Below, piece after piece: positions 1 through 8,728 of a DNA stretch of 62,341 nucleotides; position 1 is the stretch's first letter, and every line of letters begins with the position of its first letter. The notes beneath the pieces are model-generated. The model was given only the letters and a program-made list of their open reading frames with translations. It made no database searches and was not told where the DNA came from. Made by a program: the position numbers and the translations under genes. Source of the DNA: a virus (taxonomy: Duplodnaviria; Heunggongvirae; Uroviricota; Caudoviricetes); IMG/VR virus record IMGVR_UViG_3300042382_000594. The stretch is one strand, 5' to 3'.

Positions 1-94
1 ATAACCCATTTGGTAATATTGTAGAAGGATAATATTCTCGACTTACTAATTGAGGGACTAAATCCACTCCTTCTGCAAAATAATTACTTGGCAT
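1..94 (-). CDS. 5' part of a gene running off the window (MPSNYFAEGVDLVPQLVSREYYPSTILPNGL...)
   Basis: ATG at 94-92 overlaps the end of the upstream ORF; open frame to the window edge; its position resembles the short N-termini of the neighbouring RCC1 genes. Confidence 0.5.
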   Translation of the reverse strand, partial: MPSNYFAEGVDLVPQLVSREYYPSTILPNGL

Positions 95-491
95 TGTTTG
101 CTCCTGTAAACTCTATATATTGTAATAATTCTGATTCAAAACTGTGATAAATCATTGGCTCCAAAATTATTGCTTGTCCATTTTTAATTTCTATTTTATT
201 GTATTGTTCATCACCACGATAAGTTGTCATAATAACATCAGACAAACATATGTACAAAGAAAAATGTTGATTTATAATCATTCCAGTATTAGGTTTAAAG
301 AATATAGAATTACTAATCACAGGTTTAAATTGTAAAATAGATTCTAAAAAGTCTTCAATTCCAGGTGGATTATATTCGAACTCAGGAATAATGTTTCCAT
401 GAGGGAAATCTTCAAATTCTAAGTCTTTGATTAAATCCGCTAACGAATCGTCTTGGTAAATTTTGTTTAATAATATCATATGAGTTACCAA
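84..491 (-). CDS. hypothetical protein, possible cupin/2OG-Fe(II)-like fold
   Basis: 135 aa ORF in the tail operon; C-terminal GQAIILEPMIYHSF resembles a cupin strand; no clear HxD. Confidence 0.45.
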   Translation of the reverse strand: MVTHMILLNKIYQDDSLADLIKDLEFEDFPHGNIIPEFEYNPPGIEDFLESILQFKPVISNSIFFKPNTGMIINQHFSLYICLSDVIMTTYRGDEQYNKIEIKNGQAIILEPMIYHSFESELLQYIEFTGANNAK

Positions 492-1696
492 GTTGCAGCA
501 GTCATAGTCGCTGAAATTCTACCTAGACCAGTTCCTAAACTATTCCAGTTTTTTAAAGATCCAACTTGAACTGGGCTATATTTAGCGTAATCAGTAATAC
601 CTAATCCTAATTCTCCGGAGCTACCATTATTTCCCCAACCCCATAAAGACCCATCTGTTTTTATAGCTATATTATTAAAACTTGAACATCTAGCATCTTT
701 CCATGTCAGTAAACTCCCAACTTGTACTGGGCTTGATCTAGACACGTTGATGTCGCCTAAACCTAACTGCCCGAAGTCGTTACCTCCCCAAGCCCATAAA
801 GATCCGTCTGTTTTTGTAGCTATAGTATGGTAAGCACCACATGACACGTTTTTCCAGTCCAATAAAGATCCAACTTGTACTGGGCTTGATCTATGAGTAG
901 TATCACCTAATCCTAACTGGCCATAAAAATTAGGGGCATAACCTTGATTATTTCCCCAAGCCCATAAAGATCCGTCTGTTTTTATGGCCATAGTGTGTCT
1001 TTCTCCGCACGACACGTCCTTCCAAGTTAGTAAACTGCCAACTTGTACTGGGCTCAATGTACCAGATACATTACCTAATCCTAATTGCCCTCTGTCATTA
1101 CTCCCCCAAGCCCATAAAGATCCGTCTGTTTTTATGGCCATAGTGTAATTTGATCCGCCGCACGCTACCTTATTCCATGTGTATAAACTTCCAACTTGAA
1201 CTGGGCTTGATCTATCGATTCTATCTCCTAATCCTAATTGCCCTGAATCTAAATTCCCTGTATTGTTACTTCCCCAAGCCCATAAAGACCCGTCGGTTTT
1301 TGTGGCCATAGTGTGAAAACCTCCTCCTGCCACATTCTTCCATGTCAATAACGATCCAACTTGTACTGGACTTGATCTATTGGTAGTATCGCCTAATCCT
1401 AACGATCCAGAAAAGTTACCTCCCCAAGCCCATAAAGACCCGTCGGTTTTTGTAGCTACAGTGTACTGATATCCACATGACACATTCTTCCAGTCCAATA
1501 AAGATCCAACTTGTACTGGGCTTAATCTATCGGTACGGTCACCTAATCCTAATTGCCCATAACCATTATACCCCCAAGACATTAACTGGACGCCTAAAAG
1601 ATTAGATGGAATCAAAAATGAATAATTTGCAAGCATTTTGTCTTTAGTAATTAATTCACCATACCCACCATCTCTAAAACCAGAATTTATTGCCAC
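485..1696 (-). CDS. RCC1/BLIP-II repeat protein (7-blade beta-propeller)
   Basis: 7 repeats of WAWGxNxxGQLGLGD...SSPVQVGSLLTWKxVxCGxxHTxAxKTDGSL. Confidence 0.9.
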   Translation of the reverse strand: MAINSGFRDGGYGELITKDKMLANYSFLIPSNLLGVQLMSWGYNGYGQLGLGDRTDRLSPVQVGSLLDWKNVSCGYQYTVATKTDGSLWAWGGNFSGSLGLGDTTNRSSPVQVGSLLTWKNVAGGGFHTMATKTDGSLWAWGSNNTGNLDSGQLGLGDRIDRSSPVQVGSLYTWNKVACGGSNYTMAIKTDGSLWAWGSNDRGQLGLGNVSGTLSPVQVGSLLTWKDVSCGERHTMAIKTDGSLWAWGNNQGYAPNFYGQLGLGDTTHRSSPVQVGSLLDWKNVSCGAYHTIATKTDGSLWAWGGNDFGQLGLGDINVSRSSPVQVGSLLTWKDARCSSFNNIAIKTDGSLWGWGNNGSSGELGLGITDYAKYSPVQVGSLKNWNSLGTGLGRISATMTAATW

Positions 1697-1711
1697 GTTT
1701 CTCTCCTATAC

Positions 1712-2371
1712 CTATTCATGTAAACCTAAATTGCCAATTTTAGTTGGTTCCCATTCAGGGTTAATTAATTCTAATTGTTTCAATTTAATTATAGTATCGC
1801 AAGCATTAATCTCTAAATTTTTCGCAGATTCCCAATCAAAACACGATTGAACTTTAGCTAATATAGCTGCAACGATTTCCGCTAAATCTGTATTGGTTAT
1901 TGTAAGCCAGATTTTGTCAAATTTCCAATTTACATTATCAATTCCTAATTGCATTGATTGTAAGAAAACGTCTCTATCTCCTTTAGCAGTTGGAACCCAA
2001 ACTAAATTACCTTGAACTAAAATGTTAATACCAGCAGTTTCATATCTCCAGCGATTTCCTGCAATTATAGATTGCATATCCGATTTAATATGATCCAGGT
2101 TGCGATCTTGTTTAGTGTAAGTGTATTGAACTTTATTGTCTACTATAATAAAGGTGGGACCAGCTAATTCTTCAAAAAATGCATCATGCTGTGGCGCGAT
2201 AATCGGTAAAGTTGGATAAATACCTGTAGTTTCGTCAATAACGATATAGTCATCTATTGAATATGGCAATGTATATGTGATTCCTAACTCTTCTAAAGCA
2301 TCTTCAAATCTAGTTTTTGAATATGCAATTGGTCCCCAAATAATTGTGTTATTGCTAATTAAATTATACAT
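1712..2371 (-). CDS. DUF4376-like tail-fibre-associated protein
   Basis: RWRYETAGI...WKF...W...LAEIVAAILAKVQSCFDWE pattern; lies between tail adhesin genes. Confidence 0.65.
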   Translation of the reverse strand: MYNLISNNTIIWGPIAYSKTRFEDALEELGITYTLPYSIDDYIVIDETTGIYPTLPIIAPQHDAFFEELAGPTFIIVDNKVQYTYTKQDRNLDHIKSDMQSIIAGNRWRYETAGINILVQGNLVWVPTAKGDRDVFLQSMQLGIDNVNWKFDKIWLTITNTDLAEIVAAILAKVQSCFDWESAKNLEINACDTIIKLKQLELINPEWEPTKIGNLGLHE

Positions 2372-2380
2372 GTTTATATC

Positions 2381-3538
2381 CTAATAATTTTTTGATATTT
2401 GCGTAACTTCAGTGTGATTATAACCGCACGCTGCTGTATTCCATGTCAATAAAGATCCAACTTGTACTGGACTTGATCTATTGGTAGTATCGCCTAATCC
2501 TAACCGACCTTTTTCATTATACCCACAAGCCCATAAAGATCCATCGGTTTTTGTAGCTATCGTGTACAACTCGCCGCATGCAATATTTTTCCAAGTTAAT
2601 AAACTTCCAATTTGTATTGGACTTGATGTAAGAAGAAAAGAAGAATCACCTAACTGACCTTTAAAATTATTTCCGCAAGCCCATAAAGACCCATCTGTTT
2701 TTATAGCCATAAAGTGATTTTCTCCACATGCCACTTTATTCCATGTTAATAAAGATCCAACTTGTACTGGACTAGATCTAGAGGCAAGAATATTAATTCC
2801 TAACTCACCGTAGCCATTATACCCCCAAGACCACAAAGACCCATCTATTTTTGTAGCTATCGTGTACCTTGCTCCACATGTCACATTCTTCCAGTCCAAT
2901 AAAGATCCAACTTGTACTGGACTTGATCTATAATTGATATCGCCTAATCCTAACTGACCGTTTTCATTATACCCACAAGCCCATAAAGATCCATCGGTTT
3001 TTGTGGCCATAGTGTGTTGACTCCCGCATGACACATTCTTCCAGGTCAATAAACTACCAACTTGTACTGGACTTGATCTATGAGTACGATCGCCTAATCC
3101 TAACTGGCCATTCGGGTTACTTCCCCAAGCCCATAAAGATCCGTCTGTTTTTGTAGCCATAGTGTGGAACCTTCCACAAGACACATTCTTCCATGTCAAT
3201 AACGATCCAACTTGTACTGGACTTGATCTATAATTGATATCGCCTAATCCTAATGTTCCATAATTGTTTGACCTCCAAGCCCATAAAGATCCATCAGTTT
3301 TTGTTGCTACAGTATGATAACTTCCGCAAGCAATATTTTTCCATGTCAGTAAACTCCCAACTTGTATTGGACTCGATGTAGGAGTAGTACTGAACTGACT
3401 TGCCGGCTCTCCATAAGTAAATCCGCTGTTACCTCCCCATGCCCACAAAGAAGATCCTAAATCGCTAAGTAAATTATCTATATCGGTTTGTGTAATATAA
3501 GAATCGCGTAAATCGCCTTCGCTATAATAAAATGCCAT
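2381..3538 (-). CDS. RCC1/BLIP-II repeat protein (7-blade beta-propeller)
   Basis: 7 RCC1 repeats with the same scaffold as 485-1696. Confidence 0.9.
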   Translation of the reverse strand: MAFYYSEGDLRDSYITQTDIDNLLSDLGSSLWAWGGNSGFTYGEPASQFSTTPTSSPIQVGSLLTWKNIACGSYHTVATKTDGSLWAWRSNNYGTLGLGDINYRSSPVQVGSLLTWKNVSCGRFHTMATKTDGSLWAWGSNPNGQLGLGDRTHRSSPVQVGSLLTWKNVSCGSQHTMATKTDGSLWACGYNENGQLGLGDINYRSSPVQVGSLLDWKNVTCGARYTIATKIDGSLWSWGYNGYGELGINILASRSSPVQVGSLLTWNKVACGENHFMAIKTDGSLWACGNNFKGQLGDSSFLLTSSPIQIGSLLTWKNIACGELYTIATKTDGSLWACGYNEKGRLGLGDTTNRSSPVQVGSLLTWNTAACGYNHTEVTQISKNY

Positions 3539-3540
3539 AA

Positions 3541-6500
3541 TTATTTACCTACAGTATATTTTAGTTCTTTAATGGCTTCAATTAGATAACCAAATAGGCC
3601 TGAATAGTTTACGGATTTAATGCCGGATTCATCTGTAGTTACTAAGAAAGGTAATACTGTTTCTAATTGTTGAGCTATAACGCCAGAAGAGTGTTGATTG
3701 GAGTCTATAAAGTCAAATTCAACTCCATCAATTTTACTAATAATATCTAGAGCATTTTCAATTTTGTTAATATTATTTTTCTTTGTGCTATCTGATAATG
3801 AATTAAAATTTGTCGAGTTTAATGTACCAGTAGAAGGATTAAAATATAATTTGGCGCTAGAAGTAGTTGCAGTTGTTATCGTTCCAGAAGAAGTGGTTGC
3901 TGATAATATATTGAGATTTATATTACTAGAAGAGTCATCTGAAAGCGCCACTCCACCTGTATTTGCTTTAGTAAAAGCTGCTTGAGCAACTGTTACGCCA
4001 GTATTAGCTTGACCAAAGGCAGATTGAGCAACTGTTACGCCAGTATTAGCTTGACCAAAGGCAGATTGAGCAACTGTTACGCCAGTATTAGCTTGACCAA
4101 AAGCTGCATTGGCTTGACCAAAGGCAGATTGAGCAACTATCCCAGTATTAGCAGCAGCAAAAGCTGCTTGAGCAACTGTTACGCCAGTATTAGCTTTACT
4201 AAAAGCTGCCTGAGCAACTGTTACGCCAGTATTAGCTTGACCAAAAGCTGCATTGGCTTGACCAAAGGCAGATTGAGCAACTATCCCAGTATTAGCAGCA
4301 GCAAAAGCTGCATTGGCTTGACCAAAAGCTGCTTGAGCAACTGTTACGCCAGTATTAGCTTGACCAAAAGCTGCATTAGCTTGACCAAAGGCAGATTGAG
4401 CAACTGTTACGCCAGTATTCGCCTGAGTAAAGGCAAAACTACTTAAATCGGTATAATACGTTCCCTGTTGTCCGTCAAGCAAATCTGCATTAAGATTTGA
4501 TATATTAGTATTAGAACCAACAGAGAATGGTGCAACCCCATTTGCAGAAGAAAAACTAGGAGTGGTTAATATTGCATTAGTAGACAAAACTAGAGTGTTT
4601 CCGGTTCCAGTTCTTCCCGAAATCATTGAAGAAGTAACTGTATTACTATCTCCAGTAGAAATTAGCGTTCCTGTATTCCCGGACAAAGTTAGCGTTGCAT
4701 TGTTTGCATTTAAATTTGTTTGTATATTAACAAATCCACTAGATGAACCATTTAATGTTATAATTTTACCGCTGATTAATGCTAAATTTTCTGAACTCGT
4801 CCAAGCATTAGCTCCATTTATCCAATTAAAAGTTTTATCGGTAGATCCTTTGATAGTAATACCACCACCATTGGCAGTATTATCTGAGGCTGCATTAATG
4901 CTTGCGTCAAACGCTCCAATATTTCCATTATTTGCGCTTAATGTCAATTGGTTATTAGCTGCATCAATAGCTTGAATTGTTACAATTCCTCCTGGAGAAC
5001 CAATGCCAGAATTAATTTTCGCAATAATCATACCTGGAATTAATCCAATAGTATTGTTTGACCCAGATACTAATACTGTTGCATTTGATGTAGAAGTAGC
5101 ATATAATTGTATATTAGCAACAGCTACTACATCACCCAATGTTATATTTTTATCGTCAATTGATAATGTATTTGTATTTAAAGTTGTCGTTGGTCCATTT
5201 ACAGTTAAACTTCCGGAAATAATAACATCGCTACTGAATGTAACATTATTTCCTGCAATTTTATTATTGATATAATTATACAAGAATGTATTTGCATTAT
5301 CTAATTCATTTTTAGTTGTTATTTTATTGAATATATTTGGATTATCAACATCTCTTAATTGCCATTCTTTTCCTGCATTATACCATCTAAGTATTGCATT
5401 AGCACCGCTTGGTAATGTAGATCTATTAACTATAATTTCAGTATTACCACTAGTTGTTGATCCAGTATTAGCTTGAAATAAATATTGGCTTGAATCTGTT
5501 ACTGATGATCCAAAATTTACAAATGTTCCAGTAACATATAAATTTGAAGTTAATAGTGAATCTATAGAAGCATTTGTGGCTAAAATTGTACTATTTACTT
5601 TTAATATATCGGCAAATACGTTTTTACTTGCAATAATTGTATTTGAAATAATTGAACCATTTGTAAAAATTGAATTTGCATTGGCCGATTTTATTGTATC
5701 ATAAAATAATATATTTCCCGATAAAGTTGTATTTCCAGATAAAGTTGTATTTCCGGTTAAACTAGTATTGCCAGTTACATAAGTATTTCCAGTTAAACTT
5801 GTATTTCCAGATAAAGTTGTATTTCCGGTTAAACTAGTATTGCCAGTTACATAAGTATTTCCAGTTAAACTTGTATTTCCAGTTAAACTTGTATTTCCAG
5901 TTAAACTTGTATTTCCAGATAACGCTGTATTTCCAGTTAAACTAGTATTGCCCGTTAAAACGGCAGAAATAGTTCCAGTTAGGCTTGTATTGCCAAATAA
6001 AGTTGTATTATCAGATAAAGTTGTATTTCCAGATAAATTTATTTTTCCTAATAAATTTGTATTACCGGATAAATTTGTATTACCTGAAATGGAAACTAGT
6101 CCAGATACATAGGTATTTCCAGCTAAACTTGTGTTACCAGACGCAGAGATTAATCCAGTTAAATATGTGTTACCAGATACATAGGTATTTCCTGATAGAG
6201 CAGTATTACCTGAAATGGAAACTAGTCCAGATACATAGGTATTTCCAGCTAAACTTGTGTTACCAGACGCAGAGATTAATCCAGTTAAATATGTGTTACC
6301 AGATACATAGGTATTTCCAGCTAAACTTGTGTTACCAGACGCAGAGATTAATCCAGTTAAATATGTGTTACCAGATAGAGCAGTATTACCGGATACAGAG
6401 ATTAATCCAGTTAAATATGCGTTACCGGATACATAGGTATTTCCAGCTAAACTTGTGTTACCAGACGCAGAGATTAATCCAGTTAAATATGTGTTACCAG

Positions 6501-6939
6501 AAGAATAGGTATTTCCATACAAGTTTGTATTACCAGAAATTAAAATTAATCCGGATAAATTAATAGAATTAGCAGCAACAAAAGAAGTATTTACTGTGGC
6601 TGTTCGCGAAATTAGATTATTAGAAGAAATAACTGTATTACTAGTAATACTTCCTGACGCGGATATACTTATATTTTTAAAAATACTAAGCGTATCATAC
6701 ATTATTGTTGGGCTTTGTATATCGACAAGGTTTCCTGAAGTTCCTGAGATTGAAACATTACCTCCGAAAATAGAAGAATTGGCTACATATAAACCAGTAT
6801 TAGGAGAATTTAAATATAATGTTCCGAGATTTTTAAAGAAATCTCCGGTAAGAAGGTTGTTCATATTTGTCACTAGTTGATTTGTTGTTATCATCCAGTG
6901 AGAAAATGTATTAGAATATGTAATCGGTGATATAGCCAC
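3541..6939 (-). CDS. long tail fibre with C-terminal peptidase S74 intramolecular chaperone
   Basis: N-terminal TFSHWMITTN; SGNTxLxG repeats; AQAAFGQANTGVTV repeats; C-terminal SDSTKKNNI...GVIAQQLE...VNYSGL..LIEAIKEL. Confidence 0.85.
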   Translation of the reverse strand: MAISPITYSNTFSHWMITTNQLVTNMNNLLTGDFFKNLGTLYLNSPNTGLYVANSSIFGGNVSISGTSGNLVDIQSPTIMYDTLSIFKNISISASGSITSNTVISSNNLISRTATVNTSFVAANSINLSGLILISGNTNLYGNTYSSGNTYLTGLISASGNTSLAGNTYVSGNAYLTGLISVSGNTALSGNTYLTGLISASGNTSLAGNTYVSGNTYLTGLISASGNTSLAGNTYVSGLVSISGNTALSGNTYVSGNTYLTGLISASGNTSLAGNTYVSGLVSISGNTNLSGNTNLLGKINLSGNTTLSDNTTLFGNTSLTGTISAVLTGNTSLTGNTALSGNTSLTGNTSLTGNTSLTGNTYVTGNTSLTGNTTLSGNTSLTGNTYVTGNTSLTGNTTLSGNTTLSGNILFYDTIKSANANSIFTNGSIISNTIIASKNVFADILKVNSTILATNASIDSLLTSNLYVTGTFVNFGSSVTDSSQYLFQANTGSTTSGNTEIIVNRSTLPSGANAILRWYNAGKEWQLRDVDNPNIFNKITTKNELDNANTFLYNYINNKIAGNNVTFSSDVIISGSLTVNGPTTTLNTNTLSIDDKNITLGDVVAVANIQLYATSTSNATVLVSGSNNTIGLIPGMIIAKINSGIGSPGGIVTIQAIDAANNQLTLSANNGNIGAFDASINAASDNTANGGGITIKGSTDKTFNWINGANAWTSSENLALISGKIITLNGSSSGFVNIQTNLNANNATLTLSGNTGTLISTGDSNTVTSSMISGRTGTGNTLVLSTNAILTTPSFSSANGVAPFSVGSNTNISNLNADLLDGQQGTYYTDLSSFAFTQANTGVTVAQSAFGQANAAFGQANTGVTVAQAAFGQANAAFAAANTGIVAQSAFGQANAAFGQANTGVTVAQAAFSKANTGVTVAQAAFAAANTGIVAQSAFGQANAAFGQANTGVTVAQSAFGQANTGVTVAQSAFGQANTGVTVAQAAFTKANTGGVALSDDSSSNINLNILSATTSSGTITTATTSSAKLYFNPSTGTLNSTNFNSLSDSTKKNNINKIENALDIISKIDGVEFDFIDSNQHSSGVIAQQLETVLPFLVTTDESGIKSVNYSGLFGYLIEAIKELKYTVGK
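3965..4435 (-). repeat. 42-bp (14-aa, AQxAFGQANTGVTV) imperfect tandem repeat, coiled-coil
   Basis: repeated gcagattgagcaactgttacgccagtattagcttgaccaaag units. Confidence 0.9.
5715..6540 (-). repeat. 18-bp (6-aa, S/TGNTxL) tandem repeats with higher-order exact duplications
   Basis: repeated gtatttccagttaaactt and ccagacgcagagattaatccagttaaatatg blocks. Confidence 0.9.
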
Positions 6940-6972
6940 TTGTTATTCCCTTAAAATAAATTTTTACAACAA

Positions 6973-6980
6973 TATTTATA
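6973..6980 (-). promoter_or_regulatory. T4-type late promoter TATAAATA (tail fibre operon)
   Basis: exact consensus 34 nt upstream of the tail fibre ATG. Confidence 0.75.
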
Positions 6981-7233
6981 ATCCAGTTTTAGAATTTATA
7001 AACTGTAGTAAAATATCTTTAATATCTTTAATGTCTGATTTTAATTCTTCAATTTCAGTTTTTACGCCATTAAGATCGTTTTCCATACTATTTATCAATA
7101 TATTTTTTTTTCTATTTGCTTTATGCGCTTCTAAGGCAGATATATCGCTATTTAACACAGCCTTTGAGGTTGGATCTTTGACCCAACCTGGAACATCTTT
7201 AACTTTTAGTTTTTCCATATTATACAGTAGCAA
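6976..7233 (-). CDS. conserved T4-like small coiled-coil protein (likely start at 7218, MEKLKVKD)
   Basis: KVKDVPGWVKDPTSKAVLNSD motif followed by a coiled coil, typical after DUF4815 genes. Confidence 0.6.
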   Translation of the reverse strand: MLLYNMEKLKVKDVPGWVKDPTSKAVLNSDISALEAHKANRKKNILINSMENDLNGVKTEIEELKSDIKDIKDILLQFINSKTGL

Positions 7234-8707
7234 TAACTCTTAAATTTTTAATAGATGGAACTTTTGCTGAATCCTCTGAATACATTACAATTTTAACTTG
7301 CAATCTATTAAATGATGTATATTGAACTCCATTTATTCCCGCATAAGATATATTTAAATTTTCATAAAGTTCTTCAATATAATCTGATGCTAATAATGTT
7401 GGGGTTGCGCTTGATTTTTTGGGTAATCTATACCATATTGTTTCGTTTATTTCTAAATCAGTATCATATCTATTTAATACTCTACAAAATACTTCAATAT
7501 CTGTTCCAACCGGTTTGTTAACGTCGACGTATAAAGTTATACCATCAGCATCAAAATCTTCATTTAATGTTACGGATTTTGATACATATTTAGCATAAGC
7601 AGCCCCAGTTAATGCAGCCAATTCTGAATCAGATACTTCTGTGCTATATGCGTTAATAAAATTTTTAATTAATTTAACGCCAGTTCCATTTATATCTATA
7701 ATAGGAGTTAAATTTTTATCTGTGTTTGTTAACGTTAATGTAAATGGCAAACCTTTGGTTTCGTGTAACTTAGAATGCGATGGCATATTTATATTACTAT
7801 TTAATAACATAGGAATTTGCGTTAAAATGTCAGTATAATAATCAAAAGAACCGACTTCGCATTTGCTTATATATGATATTTCACTAAATTCTTTTATTGA
7901 TGTTGCTAATGTTACAGTATCAAAATCATATGTTGGTCGATCGCCGAGGTTTAAATATACAACTGCCTCGCCAACGTCAAAAACAGCTTGATGTAACATA
8001 AAACATAAATCTTTAGTTGGATCAATAACCCATGATACCCCTTGATTGGAATAAATAAAATCTCCTAAATATGGATTAACTACAATTTTACCTGAATTTA
8101 AACCTGCTTTACCATTTTCAGAAATAAAAACTGAAAAATTAAACGAATTAGTTTTTAATGTAAAGCAGTAATATCCGGCAGAAAGATATAGCGGAAATTC
8201 AAATTCAAAATCCATTGTAGAATACTGAACGTTTGCATCAACTGCTGGATCCCACTCATATGTTTGTGGATCCCCTGATTGCGTAACTACTACTTTTGAC
8301 AATGGAATTACATCTCCAGGAACCCCATTTACTAATGGTCTAACATCAAGAGTTATTGATTCGTCTGTAGAATCTTGTCGAACAAATATTGTAATTTTAG
8401 ATAAAAACATCCCTTTTGGATATGTTTTTGCATCAATTAAAAATGTTTGTCCAATATAATCATTATAAGTCGGTGCATAAGTTAACGAACGATCGTGATC
8501 AATTGAATACGTCGCTTCAAATTCAGAATCGAATACGCTTAATTCCCATTTAGAATTTACTATTTGATTAACCCAATAACTAATTTCCTCTGGAAAATAT
8601 TTTATATCTGCATTTTTATCAGGGTATTTTCTTTCTTTTATGTAAGGCGATGTTACGAATTTATTCGTAACATACGCGTGTATTAAACCTTTATCTAATG
8701 TTGCCAT
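7220..8707 (-). CDS. virion structural protein resembling the C-terminal part of DUF4815-type proteins
   Basis: GQTFLID...GMFLSKITIFV...ITLDVRPLVNGVPG and terminal KVPSIKNLRVIAT motifs. Confidence 0.65.
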   Translation of the reverse strand: MATLDKGLIHAYVTNKFVTSPYIKERKYPDKNADIKYFPEEISYWVNQIVNSKWELSVFDSEFEATYSIDHDRSLTYAPTYNDYIGQTFLIDAKTYPKGMFLSKITIFVRQDSTDESITLDVRPLVNGVPGDVIPLSKVVVTQSGDPQTYEWDPAVDANVQYSTMDFEFEFPLYLSAGYYCFTLKTNSFNFSVFISENGKAGLNSGKIVVNPYLGDFIYSNQGVSWVIDPTKDLCFMLHQAVFDVGEAVVYLNLGDRPTYDFDTVTLATSIKEFSEISYISKCEVGSFDYYTDILTQIPMLLNSNINMPSHSKLHETKGLPFTLTLTNTDKNLTPIIDINGTGVKLIKNFINAYSTEVSDSELAALTGAAYAKYVSKSVTLNEDFDADGITLYVDVNKPVGTDIEVFCRVLNRYDTDLEINETIWYRLPKKSSATPTLLASDYIEELYENLNISYAGINGVQYTSFNRLQVKIVMYSEDSAKVPSIKNLRVIATV

Positions 8708-8728
8708 AAAACCTTCTATTTATGTAAA

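Noticed and set aside
485-3538. Diversity-generating retroelement or CRISPR array behind the RCC1 repeats
   Set aside because: The repeats are in-frame protein repeats of ~150 bp. There is no reverse transcriptase, template repeat or repeat-spacer pattern in this window, and I could not show adenine-specific variation.
3698-6880. Plus-strand ORFs opposite the tail fibre, and similar antisense ORFs elsewhere (e.g. 31512-32766, 43460-44011)
   Set aside because: They are shadow frames of repetitive or biased real genes, with no RBS or recognisable motifs.
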